From assembly GCA_963847625.1 (NCBI GenBank), contig CAWKAR010000003.1, forward strand, positions 32,001-96,000: a DNA stretch of 64,000 nt. The letters are read 5' to 3'. A program made the position numbers and the translations under genes. Below, in pieces: positions 37,605-47,771 of this stretch (position 1 is the stretch's first letter; every line of letters begins with the position of its first letter). The stretch comes from a candidate division FCPU426 bacterium. GTDB taxonomy: Bacteria; Oederibacteriota; Muellerivitia; Muellerivitales; Muellerivitaceae. The notes beneath the pieces are model-generated. The model had not been told where the DNA came from. It ran no database searches and saw only the letters and a list, made by a program, of their open reading frames with translations.

Positions 37605-38687
37605 TCATTCCTCCACGAGGCTTGCAAAGGTTTTAAGGAAGTTTTCGGTTTCTTCCTCGGTTCCCGTGGTGACCCTTATGGCGCCCGGCCCCATGGGGCG
37701 CACGATGATGCCCTTGCGGAGCAGTTTCTCATAAATTTCCTCCGCGCGGGGAACCTCGAAATAAACGAAATTGGACTGGCTGGGGGCGGGGTGGTAACCC
37801 ATGTTATTCAAGCCTTCCGTCAGCTTGCGGCGCATGGACCGGTTCAAATCCACGACCTTCCTCATGTGGGGCAGGTCGGTCAGGGCCGCCTCGGCGGCCG
37901 CCATCGCCAGGTGGTTGATGTTGAAGGGTTGGCGGATCTTCTGGAAAACCTCCACCAGATCGGGATGGGCCACCCCATAGCCGATCCTCAACCCCGCCAA
38001 ACCGAAAACCTTGGAAAAAGTCCTCAACACCACCAGGTTGGGAAAAGCCTCCTGGAGCTTGAGCGAGCCGGATATATCGGCGCCTTCCTGGTACTCATGG
38101 TAGGCCTCGTCCAGGATCACCAGCACCCGCGGAGGGCATTTCCCCAGGAAGGACGTGATTTCCGCGGGGGAAACGGCGGTTCCGGTGGGGTTGTTGGGGT
38201 TGCAAATAAAAACAACGCAGGTCTTGGCGGTAAGGGCCCTCCCGAAAGCCGGCAGATCATGGGTCAGCGAGGTCAAGGGGATGACCCGATGGACCGCCCC
38301 CATCATCTGCGTCACCAGGGGATAAACAACGAAACTTTTATCCGCGTAAACCGCTTCGCCGCCCGGCTCTAGCGTTATCTGCCCGAGAAGCACGATCAAC
38401 TCGTTGGACCCGTTGCCCAGCATCAGACGGTTGGGATCCACCCCGAGGTAGGAAGAAAGCTTCCGGGTCAACTTGTGGGCCGAGCCATCCGGGTAGCGGT
38501 GGATGGCGGATTGGGCTTGTCCTAGGGCTTTGAATACAGCAGGCGATGGCCCCAGGGGGTTCTCGTTGGAGGCGATCTTAGAGGCGTTCCTCACCCCCAG
38601 TTCCCTTTCCAGCTCCTCAATGGGCTTCCCCGGGACGTAAGGCTTTATGCTGGAAAGATTGGGCCGGATCGGCACTTGGAAAAGCAT
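37605..38687 (-). CDS. hisC: Histidinol-phosphate aminotransferase
   Basis: ASNENPLG, RYPD, GNGSNE, NPNNPTG, DEAY, RTFSK..GLAGLRIGY. Confidence 0.93.
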   Translation of the reverse strand: MLFQVPIRPNLSSIKPYVPGKPIEELERELGVRNASKIASNENPLGPSPAVFKALGQAQSAIHRYPDGSAHKLTRKLSSYLGVDPNRLMLGNGSNELIVLLGQITLEPGGEAVYADKSFVVYPLVTQMMGAVHRVIPLTSLTHDLPAFGRALTAKTCVVFICNPNNPTGTAVSPAEITSFLGKCPPRVLVILDEAYHEYQEGADISGSLKLQEAFPNLVVLRTFSKVFGLAGLRIGYGVAHPDLVEVFQKIRQPFNINHLAMAAAEAALTDLPHMRKVVDLNRSMRRKLTEGLNNMGYHPAPSQSNFVYFEVPRAEEIYEKLLRKGIIVRPMGPGAIRVTTGTEEETENFLKTFASLVEE

Positions 38688-38691
38688 GGCC

Positions 38692-39774
38692 CTAGGACCC
38701 GCTGCGGGGATAGGAACCCAACACCTTCACGATCAAGGCGGATTTTTCCACATCCGAAACGGCCTTTTGTGCCTTGGGATCATCCATGTGGCCGAGGAAA
38801 TCGATGAAGAAATAATAGTCCCAGGCTTTCTTGCGGGAAGGCCTGGACTCGATGTTGGATAAGTTCAACCCCTGCTTCTCGAAGGGGTAAAGCAAAGCGA
38901 AGAGGGCCCCGACCTTGTCCTTGATGGAAACCATGAGGGAGGTCTTGTCGTCCCCGGTTTTTCCCGCGCTGGTCTTGCCGATGACCAGGAAACGCGTGTA
39001 ATTGTCCTGCATATCCTCGATCCTTTTGGCAATGGGTTTCAGCTTGTAGAGGCGGGCCGCCAGGCCCGGCGCGATGGCCGCAGCCGAGGGATCCTCCGAG
39101 GCGGTCTGGGCCGCCTTGGCGGTGGAGGCGCTCTCCACGACCGGGATATTGGAGAGGTTTGTCTCCAGCCAAAGCCGGCATTGTCCAAGGGACTGGGGAT
39201 GACTGTAGACTTTCTTGATTTTCCGAACATCCCCGGATTGCGACATCAAGGTATAGGTGATGGGCAGGTAAATCTCGGAGCAGATCTTCAGGTCCGATTC
39301 CATGAACAAGTCCAGGGTGTGGTTGATGGTCCCCTCGGTGGAGTTCTCGATGGGGACAACCCCGAAATGGGCGCGGTCCCTCTCGACTTCCAGAAAGACA
39401 TCCTTCAAGGTGGGCCCGGCGGTATAATCGCAGGAGTTTCCGAACTTTTGCAGTGCGGCGATGTGGGTGTTGGTGCCCACCTGCCCGAAATAGCTAACCT
39501 TGAGTTTCTGCTCCAGAGCGAGGGAGCCGGACATGACCTCCCGGAAAACAGCTTCTAGGGCTTCGGCCGGCAAGGGACCCTTGTTCCAGGAGGCGATATT
39601 GCGGTAAACCTCTTGTTCCCGGTGGGGCGCGTAATACTGCAGTTTGCCTTTGGCCTTGATCTCCCGGATTTTCAGCACGTTTTTAGCGCGTTCATTCAAA
39701 AGCCGGACTAGCTTGGTATCAATCCTGTCGATGGAATTCCGGAGATTTTTAAGGTTATGTTCACTTTTTTTCAT
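38692..39774 (-). CDS. pheA: Chorismate mutase/prephenate dehydratase
   Basis: LR..ID.ID..L..LLNERA, PIENSTEG, SHPQ, NYTRF, IESRP. Confidence 0.95.
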   Translation of the reverse strand: MKKSEHNLKNLRNSIDRIDTKLVRLLNERAKNVLKIREIKAKGKLQYYAPHREQEVYRNIASWNKGPLPAEALEAVFREVMSGSLALEQKLKVSYFGQVGTNTHIAALQKFGNSCDYTAGPTLKDVFLEVERDRAHFGVVPIENSTEGTINHTLDLFMESDLKICSEIYLPITYTLMSQSGDVRKIKKVYSHPQSLGQCRLWLETNLSNIPVVESASTAKAAQTASEDPSAAAIAPGLAARLYKLKPIAKRIEDMQDNYTRFLVIGKTSAGKTGDDKTSLMVSIKDKVGALFALLYPFEKQGLNLSNIESRPSRKKAWDYYFFIDFLGHMDDPKAQKAVSDVEKSALIVKVLGSYPRSGS

Positions 39775-39962
39775 GTTGGTACCTTTTTTAGCTTTTGAAC
39801 TCCCATGATTCCACGGGAAAAACCAAAGAATAAGGCATCCCGGATAATAACCATTTCTTCTATCGGCGGTTAAAAAGCTTAAATTCCGAATTTTCCAGAA
39901 ATTAAATCAACCCCAAAGGGTTTTAAAATTATATTATATTTTGAAACGGTCAAGGAAAGATT

Positions 39963-40802
39963 ATGAACCCACGCCTTTATTTAAAAAATCCAATGCCAGG
40001 AATCTTAGGCCTCTGCCTGATCTGCTTTTTATCCGGCTTTTGGCTGACTTGCCAGCAAGGCGCCCAGAGGGTGGATGAGGAGACCCGGTTGGCCCTCTCG
40101 CATTTGGCTTATGCCCTCCAGATGAAGGATGACCTGGCCGTCATTGATTTCTCTCATAATCTGGAAAAGATGGATAGTGTCATCGCTTTTCAGGCCCTCC
40201 AGGATTCGAAAACCGTTTGCGCGGGAGGAAACCGCGGTGCTCTTCTAAACCAAGCCGCCCCCGGAGTTCATTTTATTTTTCCGTCCCAATGGGTTTGCTC
40301 GCAAATTACGGGTGAAAGCCAAGCCCATCCATTGACATTGATCCTTGTCCTCCAGATGAATCCAGGGCCGTTTTTGGGTGGATTGGTGGGTTTGCTCGGC
40401 TGCCTCTTCACAGGCCTCCTGGTTTGGGTTGTCATTTCCAAGAAAACCCTCTCCCCGGAGGCCCCCCGGGAAACTCCCCCGATAAAAGGGAATCCCGGGA
40501 GCGTGGAAATCTCCCGGACGCCGGTGGATCTTTCCGCTTTCACCGGCAAGCCCTTCTTATTGCTGGATGAAAATTATGTGGTCATACAGGTATCGCCCCA
40601 AGCCCTTCCCTTACTTCGAAAAACTGAAGCCGAATTGGTGCAGACCCACCTGATTGACCTCGGGCCAAGCCCCTCATTAACGGAAGCCATTCAAAAAGGG
40701 GATACCCATGTGGTTTTAAGCGCCTTCTTATCACAAACCGACCTGAATGCGACTCCCTATCACATTCCGAAGGGAAGGGTTTTGGTTTTGGAAAAAACTT
40801 AG
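39963..40802 (+). CDS. Membrane protein with periplasmic domain and C-terminal PAS-like region
   Basis: Two TM segments; LLLDENYVV..VSPQA..LL pattern. Confidence 0.55.
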   Translation: MNPRLYLKNPMPGILGLCLICFLSGFWLTCQQGAQRVDEETRLALSHLAYALQMKDDLAVIDFSHNLEKMDSVIAFQALQDSKTVCAGGNRGALLNQAAPGVHFIFPSQWVCSQITGESQAHPLTLILVLQMNPGPFLGGLVGLLGCLFTGLLVWVVISKKTLSPEAPRETPPIKGNPGSVEISRTPVDLSAFTGKPFLLLDENYVVIQVSPQALPLLRKTEAELVQTHLIDLGPSPSLTEAIQKGDTHVVLSAFLSQTDLNATPYHIPKGRVLVLEKT

Positions 40803-40908
40803 CCAACAAAACCCAAAAATCGTTGATTTTGTTGACTTTTATGGTTGAAAACCATAAACTGCCAATAAAATTGCAGCTTTTTAAACAATATCGACAAGGG
40901 ACGCCCGA

Positions 40909-42237
40909 TTGCCCGAAACCTTAAAAAGCCTATCCATTTTCTCCGCCATTCTGTTGTTGTTGTTGGTAATTTCATCCGGGTGTAATGTCAATATTCCCGG
41001 TTGTGGAAAGCGTTCTCTACCCTTCTTCAAGTCAATCTCGGCAAAATTGCCCCCTGTTCCGACAATTTCAGTTTTGAATCCTTCAGTACCCACTCCGATG
41101 GTTCCTATGGGTCAAACTCCCAACGCCGTTTCTGCAGTTCCGACAAAAACAGCCAAAAATGTATCCCAAGAAGTCCCCAAGGAATTCTCAACGGAAATGT
41201 CCGTTTCCCAACCCACCGCCACAGCCACCCCCACGGCCACCCCGACACCCATACCGGTGGATGTCGAGAAAATCGCTTACACCTACATGGAACAGGGAAA
41301 GCCTTCCCTTTGGACGATGAACCCTGACGGGACCAGCCGGACCCGGATCACCAAGGTCGGCGCCAGTTGCTATTTCCCCCTTTGGTCCCCCAATGGTAAA
41401 TCACTGGCGTTTCTTTCCGATATGGTGGACGGAAAATTAAACCTCTTTTTGATCAACAAGGGGAGCACCGAATTCAAACCGCTGACTTCTTTCCCCGATA
41501 TGACCTTGATCGGAAATCAATTGAAACCGCCCCTATCCTGGTCACCCCGAAGCGATGAGATCTCGTTTATTTACCGGAAACAGGTCTGGAAAATACAAAC
41601 CGATGGGGCCGGCTTGGTTAGTTTATTTACACCCGATCCCAATTTCAGCATTTCCGCCTTGGAATGGGCTCCCCACCGGGACACAAAATATGTGGCTTTC
41701 CTTCTCCAGCAAGGTGTCAATTATTTCAGTTTGATGCTTGTAAATCCAAGGCTCCTGGACAATCTGGATTTGGCGGATCTCCGGAATGCAGTCGAAGATA
41801 TCTCCTGGTCTCCCGACGCAAGGAATGTGGCTTACCTGGTCAAGAGGATCGCCAACGATTCGGTCTTTACCGCCTCCCCTGAATCATCCCAACCTAAGTC
41901 TGTAATCCAGTGGCCCAAAGACACCTTGGCTCCCTTGATTTCCTATTGTCCCATCGAGTCCGCCGCCCCGACCCTGATGACCCTGGCCAAGAAATCGGAG
42001 GATGATACGGGTTACCGGGTGGCGATTGTAGACAAGGCCGCCAAGGATGAGACGGACACGGGATCCCTGAAATTCTTGACCGACCCGGGGGTGGATAACG
42101 CAATTTGGTCCCCGGACGGCTCCAAAATCGCCTATGGGAAAGACGGGGAGCTTTGGATCATGGATGCTTTAACCGGCAACAACAAAACTCGGATCGCGGC
42201 CACCGGAATTATGAGCCCTTGTTGGTCCAAAAAGTGA
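40909..42237 (+). CDS. TolB-like beta-propeller lipoprotein
   Basis: Lipobox SSGC; repeated WSP[DN]G motifs; Thr/Pro linker. Confidence 0.8.
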   Translation: MPETLKSLSIFSAILLLLLVISSGCNVNIPGCGKRSLPFFKSISAKLPPVPTISVLNPSVPTPMVPMGQTPNAVSAVPTKTAKNVSQEVPKEFSTEMSVSQPTATATPTATPTPIPVDVEKIAYTYMEQGKPSLWTMNPDGTSRTRITKVGASCYFPLWSPNGKSLAFLSDMVDGKLNLFLINKGSTEFKPLTSFPDMTLIGNQLKPPLSWSPRSDEISFIYRKQVWKIQTDGAGLVSLFTPDPNFSISALEWAPHRDTKYVAFLLQQGVNYFSLMLVNPRLLDNLDLADLRNAVEDISWSPDARNVAYLVKRIANDSVFTASPESSQPKSVIQWPKDTLAPLISYCPIESAAPTLMTLAKKSEDDTGYRVAIVDKAAKDETDTGSLKFLTDPGVDNAIWSPDGSKIAYGKDGELWIMDALTGNNKTRIAATGIMSPCWSKK

Positions 42238-42244
42238 GCGTGAA

Positions 42245-43366
42245 ATGAAAAATAACCGGTCTGCTTTTTTGATGCGCGTGGTTCGTTTCGGCGCTTTTGC
42301 TTTCCTTCTATTGGGTTTCGGTTTAATGAGTTCGACCGGTTGCAAGCATAGGCAACCCCCTCCCCCTCCTCCTCCCCCAACTCCGACGCCGATTGTCGCG
42401 CCGGGCAGCCTGGTTTACGTCCAACGCGGCCACCTGGCGCGGTTGGATCTGGACAGTTCACAAATCACGCCGTTGACGAGCGGAAAAAGCTTCGAGTGGT
42501 TCCCGGCTTGTTCCCCCGACGGGAGCCAGGTCCTATATTGGTCTAACGCCGAAAGCGGGCGCTACAACATCTGGAAGATGAGGCAGGACGGCACCCAACG
42601 GACGCAATTGACCTTCGACGAGGAAAACACCCTGAGAATCGGGGACCAGAATCTCCAGGTCAACGCCTGCCCCGCCTGGTCCTTTGACGGGAAGAAGATT
42701 TTTTACGCCACCGGCGGGAATCTCTGGATGATGGATTCGGACGGTTACAATCCCGAAACGCTCCTGATCGACCACAATGCCCTTTGTCCCGCCCCCTCCC
42801 CCAACGGCAAATCGGTTCTTTTCGTCTCCAACAAGGAAGACATGGTCTACAACCTTTGGTCACTGAACCTTTCGGACAGAAGCCTGAAAAAAATCACCCA
42901 ATACACCGATTGGAACGTGGGCTCTCCCTCCTATTCCAAGGACGGAAATAAAATAATGTTCAACCTCTACCGTTCCAACACTTCCCAGATCTATACGATG
43001 AGCACCGACGGTACCAATCCCGTGAACATCACGACCAACATCCACAGCCTCTGCCCCAAATTTGCCGTGTACGACAATAAAATCGTGTATTGCGGCTGGG
43101 AAACCTCCGAGGATGAGGGACTGAATGTTTACATCATGAAAGCGAACGGTACCGACGGGAAAGTCCTGACGACGGAAGGAGGAGCCTCTCCGAGCTGGGC
43201 TTCGGCTAGCGTTATCACTGCCACGCTCCCTACGCCCGGAGCCCTTACTCCCACGGTTCCAACTCCCGTCGCCGCGGCTCCTATCGCCCCCAAGCCTACT
43301 GCCACAGTCGCCGCCGTGACTCCAGTTATATCACTTCCGTTGTTCCCCACTCCCACGAAAAAATAA
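42245..43366 (+). CDS. TolB-like beta-propeller lipoprotein
   Basis: Lipobox STGC, poly-Pro, PD40-type repeats (SPDG, WSFDG, YSKDG). Confidence 0.82.
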   Translation: MKNNRSAFLMRVVRFGAFAFLLLGFGLMSSTGCKHRQPPPPPPPPTPTPIVAPGSLVYVQRGHLARLDLDSSQITPLTSGKSFEWFPACSPDGSQVLYWSNAESGRYNIWKMRQDGTQRTQLTFDEENTLRIGDQNLQVNACPAWSFDGKKIFYATGGNLWMMDSDGYNPETLLIDHNALCPAPSPNGKSVLFVSNKEDMVYNLWSLNLSDRSLKKITQYTDWNVGSPSYSKDGNKIMFNLYRSNTSQIYTMSTDGTNPVNITTNIHSLCPKFAVYDNKIVYCGWETSEDEGLNVYIMKANGTDGKVLTTEGGASPSWASASVITATLPTPGALTPTVPTPVAAAPIAPKPTATVAAVTPVISLPLFPTPTKK

Positions 43367-43479
43367 GCGCAATCCCACTTAACAATCCGTAAAACACGCG
43401 GGATGAAAATATTTAATAATAGGTTTGTTTTGGGTGGAAAGCCGATACTTGGCAGCCAGCTAGATTTTTGCCCAATTTT

Positions 43480-44784
43480 CTATTTCAAAAGCTCCGGATA
43501 AAGCGGGAACTTTTCCGAGACTTCAGCGATCTCGTCCTTCACCTTTCGGCGGACGCCCTCGTCCTCGGGGGCCGAAATCACCTCGTTGATCCACTTGGCG
43601 ATCAGCTTGAACTCCGCTTCCTTGAAGCCGCGGGTCGTCAGGGCGGGCGATCCCAGCCGCAACCCGCTGGTCAAGAGGGGCGACTCGGTATCCCAGGGAA
43701 CGGCGTTCTTGTTGGCGGTTATGTTGGCGTCATCCAGCACTAGTTGGGCCTGTTTGCCGTTGATTTTCTTGTTCCGCAGGTCGATCAACATTAAATGGTT
43801 GTCTGTCCCACCCGAGATGACCTGGAAGCCAAAACCCATCAGCTCCTCGCAGAGAACCTTGGCGTTGGCCTTGATCTGCATTGCGTAACCCTTAAAGGAA
43901 GGCTGAAGGGCTTCCCCGAAGGCTACGGCCTTGGCGCCAATCACGTGCATCAAGGGCCCGCCCTGGATGCCGGGGATAATTTGGCTGTCCAAAAGTTCGC
44001 CCATTTTCCGGGTGCGGCCGCTTTTGGCAGCGGTCACTCCAAAGGGATTCTCGAAGTCCTTCCCCATCAAGATTAAACCCCCGCGGGGCCCCCGGAGGGT
44101 TTTGTGGGTGGTGGAGGTCACCACGTGGCAATGGGGCATGGGGTTATTCAATTCCCCGGCCGCGATCAAGCCGGCGGTATGGGCGATGTCTGCCCAAAGG
44201 AAAGCCCCCACCTCGTCGGCGATTTTCCTGAACTCGGCATAATCAAAGTCCCTCGAATAAGCGGAGGCTCCGATGCTGATCATCTTGGGATGGTACTTGT
44301 GAGCCAGGTCCCTCACCTGGCCCAGGTCCACCCGGCCGTCCTCCTTCCGGGTCTGGTAGGCGAAGAAGTTGTACATTTTCCCTGAGAAGTTCACCTTGCT
44401 TCCGTGAGTCAGATGTCCGCCGTGGGTCAGGTCCAGGCCCAGGATGGTGTCACCTGGCTTGACGAAGGTGAAATACACGGCCATGTTGGCCTGGCTTCCC
44501 GAATGGGGCTGGACATTCACGTACTCGGCGTTGGAAAAAAGCCGGGCGGCCCTCTCGCGTGCCAGGTTCTCCACCACGTCCACGTACTCGCAGCCGCCGT
44601 AATAGCGGTTCCCGGGATAACCTTCCGCGTACTTGTTCGTCATCACCCCGCCCTGGGCCGCCATGACCGCCAGACTAGTGAAATTCTCGGAAGCAATGAG
44701 TTCCAGTTTCTTGTTCTGGCGCTTCACCTCGTTCAGGTTGGCCTTATAAACTTCGGGATCGGCTTTCAGGAAATCCATGAACAT
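43480..44784 (-). CDS. glyA: Serine hydroxymethyltransferase
   Basis: [44 protein letters not shown]. Confidence 0.97.
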   Translation of the reverse strand: MFMDFLKADPEVYKANLNEVKRQNKKLELIASENFTSLAVMAAQGGVMTNKYAEGYPGNRYYGGCEYVDVVENLARERAARLFSNAEYVNVQPHSGSQANMAVYFTFVKPGDTILGLDLTHGGHLTHGSKVNFSGKMYNFFAYQTRKEDGRVDLGQVRDLAHKYHPKMISIGASAYSRDFDYAEFRKIADEVGAFLWADIAHTAGLIAAGELNNPMPHCHVVTSTTHKTLRGPRGGLILMGKDFENPFGVTAAKSGRTRKMGELLDSQIIPGIQGGPLMHVIGAKAVAFGEALQPSFKGYAMQIKANAKVLCEELMGFGFQVISGGTDNHLMLIDLRNKKINGKQAQLVLDDANITANKNAVPWDTESPLLTSGLRLGSPALTTRGFKEAEFKLIAKWINEVISAPEDEGVRRKVKDEIAEVSEKFPLYPELLK

Positions 44785-44958
44785 GTTCGGTACCGCCTTT
44801 TTGAATAATTGATAATATTGTCACCGCTGGCCCGCAGCGGTTGGTATTTTACTGGTGTTCCTTAACTTCCTTTACCAAGATGATATGGACCCGCGGCAAA
44901 TAACTTTTTAGGGATTATACGTCCGGTTGAAGCCATCTTCCCACTTAAAGAAAATTTT

Positions 44959-45297
44959 TTAAACCGACCGCCAGACAATCTTTTTTTTCTTGCGCCATTT
45001 TGCTTTTCCAGCCCATCCGGAAGGCACTTCCAGGCAGGAACGGGATTCCCTGGGTCCGATAAAAAAACGACAAGGTTTGGCCGAAGGAAAGATTTTTAAA
45101 ACCCGGTCCTCTGCGTCAAGAAAAACCAGGTCCGGTTTGAGAAAGGTGAAAAAGGTATGGACCGCCCGGCACCTGGGAAACAGAATTCCCTGCCAACGAG
45201 AGGGCCATGTTCCCTTGCCCATCAAACCAAACAACCTCGGAAAATAAGAGCCGGCCCACTTCACCCGTAGTGCCCCGCTCCCCAGTCGGGGGCTCAT
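44959..45297 (-). CDS. DUF192 family protein
   Basis: RLFGLMG....GILFP.C.AVHTFF....DLVFLD, CLEVP.G. Confidence 0.7.
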   Translation of the reverse strand: MSPRLGSGALRVKWAGSYFPRLFGLMGKGTWPSRWQGILFPRCRAVHTFFTFLKPDLVFLDAEDRVLKIFPSAKPCRFFIGPRESRSCLEVPSGWAGKAKWRKKKKIVWRSV

Positions 45298-46166
45298 TTG
45301 CCGAAGAATTGGAGAAGGATGGACCCGAAAATGATGATAAAGGTGACAGGCAGGATACAGAGAATCAGGGGGAGGAGCATCTTGACGGGCAATTCCTGGA
45401 CGGCTTTCTCGGCCCTCTGGGACTGCTTGTCCCTCATGGTCAAAGATAACTGCCCCAGGGTCTTGGCCACGCCTGTCCCGAACTTTTCTGCGTGGATTAG
45501 GCTGGTGGCGAAAAGGGAGAAATCCGTCAGCTTCAGGCGGTCCGCCACGGACGTCAGGGCGGCCTTGCGGCTGGAGCCGCTTTTGGTTTGCTCCAGGAGC
45601 AGCCCGAATTCCTGTGCTAAGGGCCCGGGTTGGGTATTCTCGTGGTAATGGGCGATACCCTGCTCCACCGATAGACCCGCCTCGCAGCAAAGGGCGAGGA
45701 CCTCCAGGGCGTTGGGAAGGTCCCGCAGGAGGATCTTTTCCCGCCGGGCGGCCTGATCTTGGAGCCAGATCAAGGGAAGAGCCGCTCCCATCGCGAAGGC
45801 CAGGACCGCGAACAAAAAACTGTCAGATAAGAGGAAGAAAAAAACGGCAGCGCCTAGGGAAGAAACGGTCTGGAGGTTCAGGAGGTTGGCCAGTTTGAGG
45901 TCCCCCCGGCCCGAGCGTTGCAGTTGCCGAGAAAGGTAATGGCGGTAACGAAGCAGGGGGGGCCATCCTGCTCCCAGATTTTCCAAACCATCCCCGGGAA
46001 AAAATGAAAGCCATTGAAGGAAAGGCTTCTTTTTCCCCTGTTCCATCAGGTTCATTAAACGCAGATTTTGACGGTAGCCCGATATTTTATGGATCCCGGT
46101 AAGGGCCAGTTCCCGCATGAACCACCCAAAACCCAAGGCTGAAAGCGCCAGGAACATATAGACCAT
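45294..46166 (-). CDS. tadC: TadC-like type II secretion F-family protein
   Basis: LPNALE.L....EAG, GSSRKAAL, FGT.....L, AEKA...PVKMLLPL. Confidence 0.85.
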   Translation of the reverse strand: MVYMFLALSALGFGWFMRELALTGIHKISGYRQNLRLMNLMEQGKKKPFLQWLSFFPGDGLENLGAGWPPLLRYRHYLSRQLQRSGRGDLKLANLLNLQTVSSLGAAVFFFLLSDSFLFAVLAFAMGAALPLIWLQDQAARREKILLRDLPNALEVLALCCEAGLSVEQGIAHYHENTQPGPLAQEFGLLLEQTKSGSSRKAALTSVADRLKLTDFSLFATSLIHAEKFGTGVAKTLGQLSLTMRDKQSQRAEKAVQELPVKMLLPLILCILPVTFIIIFGSILLQFFGK

Positions 46167-46168
46167 CT

Positions 46169-47047
46169 TTACACCTCCAGCTGCAGGAGCCGGCGGATCC
46201 AAAGGAAACCGACTCCTTCTAGGACAAAAGCCACGGCCAGAAAACCCCACCCCAAAGGTTGTGTGAACAGAGGCGTCATGAGGGAGGGATCCATCAGGTA
46301 AAAAACGACTGCCAGCAAGAAGGGCAGGCATCCCATCATGAGACCGGAAAGGCGGGCTTGGGCCGTCATGGCCCCCATTTTCCGAAGGATGCGGTTCTTT
46401 TCCTCCATCCCATCTAATAGGACCTGAAGGAGGTGGCTGAGATTGGCCCCGGTTTGCCGGGATACCTTGTAGGACTCCAGGAATTGGCGGAATTCCAGGA
46501 AACTTGGGAACCGGTCCGACATCTTGGCCAAGGCCGTCTCGGTGGAGGAACCCAGGTCGATCTCAGTGCAAACTCCCGCGATTTCTTCCTTGAGGGGGGA
46601 AGGGCTTTCTCGGGACAGGTAACCTAAAACTTGGGAAACGGTCTGGCCCGTCTTCAGGGCCTGGATCATCATTCCGAGGGTTTGTGGGAACACTTCCCGC
46701 ATGGCCTTCAGTTTTTTCAACAGATCCCGATTCTTAATCCAAAGAGGGACCTTCTTCATGAGTAGCCAGGTACATGCGGAAACCAGAGCTAAAAGTAGGC
46801 CGTACTCCGGAAGGTCAATAGCGATGAGGCAAAAGCAGACAAGGAGGGCTAGAACAAAGAAGGCGCCTTTTACCGAGGCCTTCCTTTTTTGGGTGGGAAA
46901 CCATTTCGCAAGTTGGCTCCAACGCGGACTCAGGGAGATTTTCCCCTTTTCCAGGAAAATCATCACAAGTCCGAAGGCCGACAAACCCACGGAAAAGCTT
47001 CCCAGGAGGATTCCAGGTAGAAACGCCATGGAAAGGGCGCTGGTCAT
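46169..47047 (-). CDS. tadB: TadB-like type II secretion F-family protein
   Basis: FPQTL......LKTG, TGANL, TAQARLSG...LPF. Confidence 0.85.
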   Translation of the reverse strand: MTSALSMAFLPGILLGSFSVGLSAFGLVMIFLEKGKISLSPRWSQLAKWFPTQKRKASVKGAFFVLALLVCFCLIAIDLPEYGLLLALVSACTWLLMKKVPLWIKNRDLLKKLKAMREVFPQTLGMMIQALKTGQTVSQVLGYLSRESPSPLKEEIAGVCTEIDLGSSTETALAKMSDRFPSFLEFRQFLESYKVSRQTGANLSHLLQVLLDGMEEKNRILRKMGAMTAQARLSGLMMGCLPFLLAVVFYLMDPSLMTPLFTQPLGWGFLAVAFVLEGVGFLWIRRLLQLEV

Positions 47048-47760
47048 TCCGATACCCCCGCCCCTTTCTTGACTGATTCCCTTTGCTCGATGCGGCTCAG
47101 GGCATCCTCGGCGGCAAGCCGGTATGCCGGGTCCTTGGTTGAAGCCAGCAATTTCTGCATCTCGGATTTGGCCTGATTTAAGTTTTGGATTCTCAGGTAG
47201 GTATTGGCCACCATCAACTGAGCCGCATCAGCCAAGGGATCGTTCGGCGTCTTCTCCACTACCTCCCGGTAGGCAGTCAGGGTGTCCCCAATTTTCCGGG
47301 TCAATAACAGACAGTTGGCGATTTGATACTGGGCGTAACCGGCCATGCTCCTGCCTTGTTCCGAAAGGAGGAGCTTTTGGTACTCCCTCATGGCCCTTTC
47401 ATGCAATCCCTGCCAGTAATAACAATCCGCCAGGAGTTTTTGCCCGATGGCGGAACGGGGCCCGTTCGGGTAGAATTCCAGCATTTGCTTCAGTGGCAGG
47501 CGGGCGGCCGCGAACGCGGATTTCTCGTAAATGAGGACATAGGACTCCAGATAAAGGGCTTCCTCGCGGTCCGGGGATGGCGGCGTCTGGCTGGCGATGA
47601 CTCTGGTAATGCCCAAAGCCTCCTCGTATTTCCCGACCGCGACCAGGTCCCTCAGTTTTTTCACGGGACCGCTGACGGCTGCCGGAGCCGGGGACTTGTG
47701 TTGGCCGCATCCGAAAAGGGGGAATATCGCCACGAGAATGACGCAGGTTATTTTTTTCAA
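47044..47760 (-). CDS. TPR lipoprotein (BamD/CpoB-like)
   Basis: Lipobox LFGC; TPR repeats with YPNG, AQYQIA. Confidence 0.75.
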   Translation of the reverse strand: MKKITCVILVAIFPLFGCGQHKSPAPAAVSGPVKKLRDLVAVGKYEEALGITRVIASQTPPSPDREEALYLESYVLIYEKSAFAAARLPLKQMLEFYPNGPRSAIGQKLLADCYYWQGLHERAMREYQKLLLSEQGRSMAGYAQYQIANCLLLTRKIGDTLTAYREVVEKTPNDPLADAAQLMVANTYLRIQNLNQAKSEMQKLLASTKDPAYRLAAEDALSRIEQRESVKKGAGVSE

Positions 47761-47771
47761 GGCATCCTCTC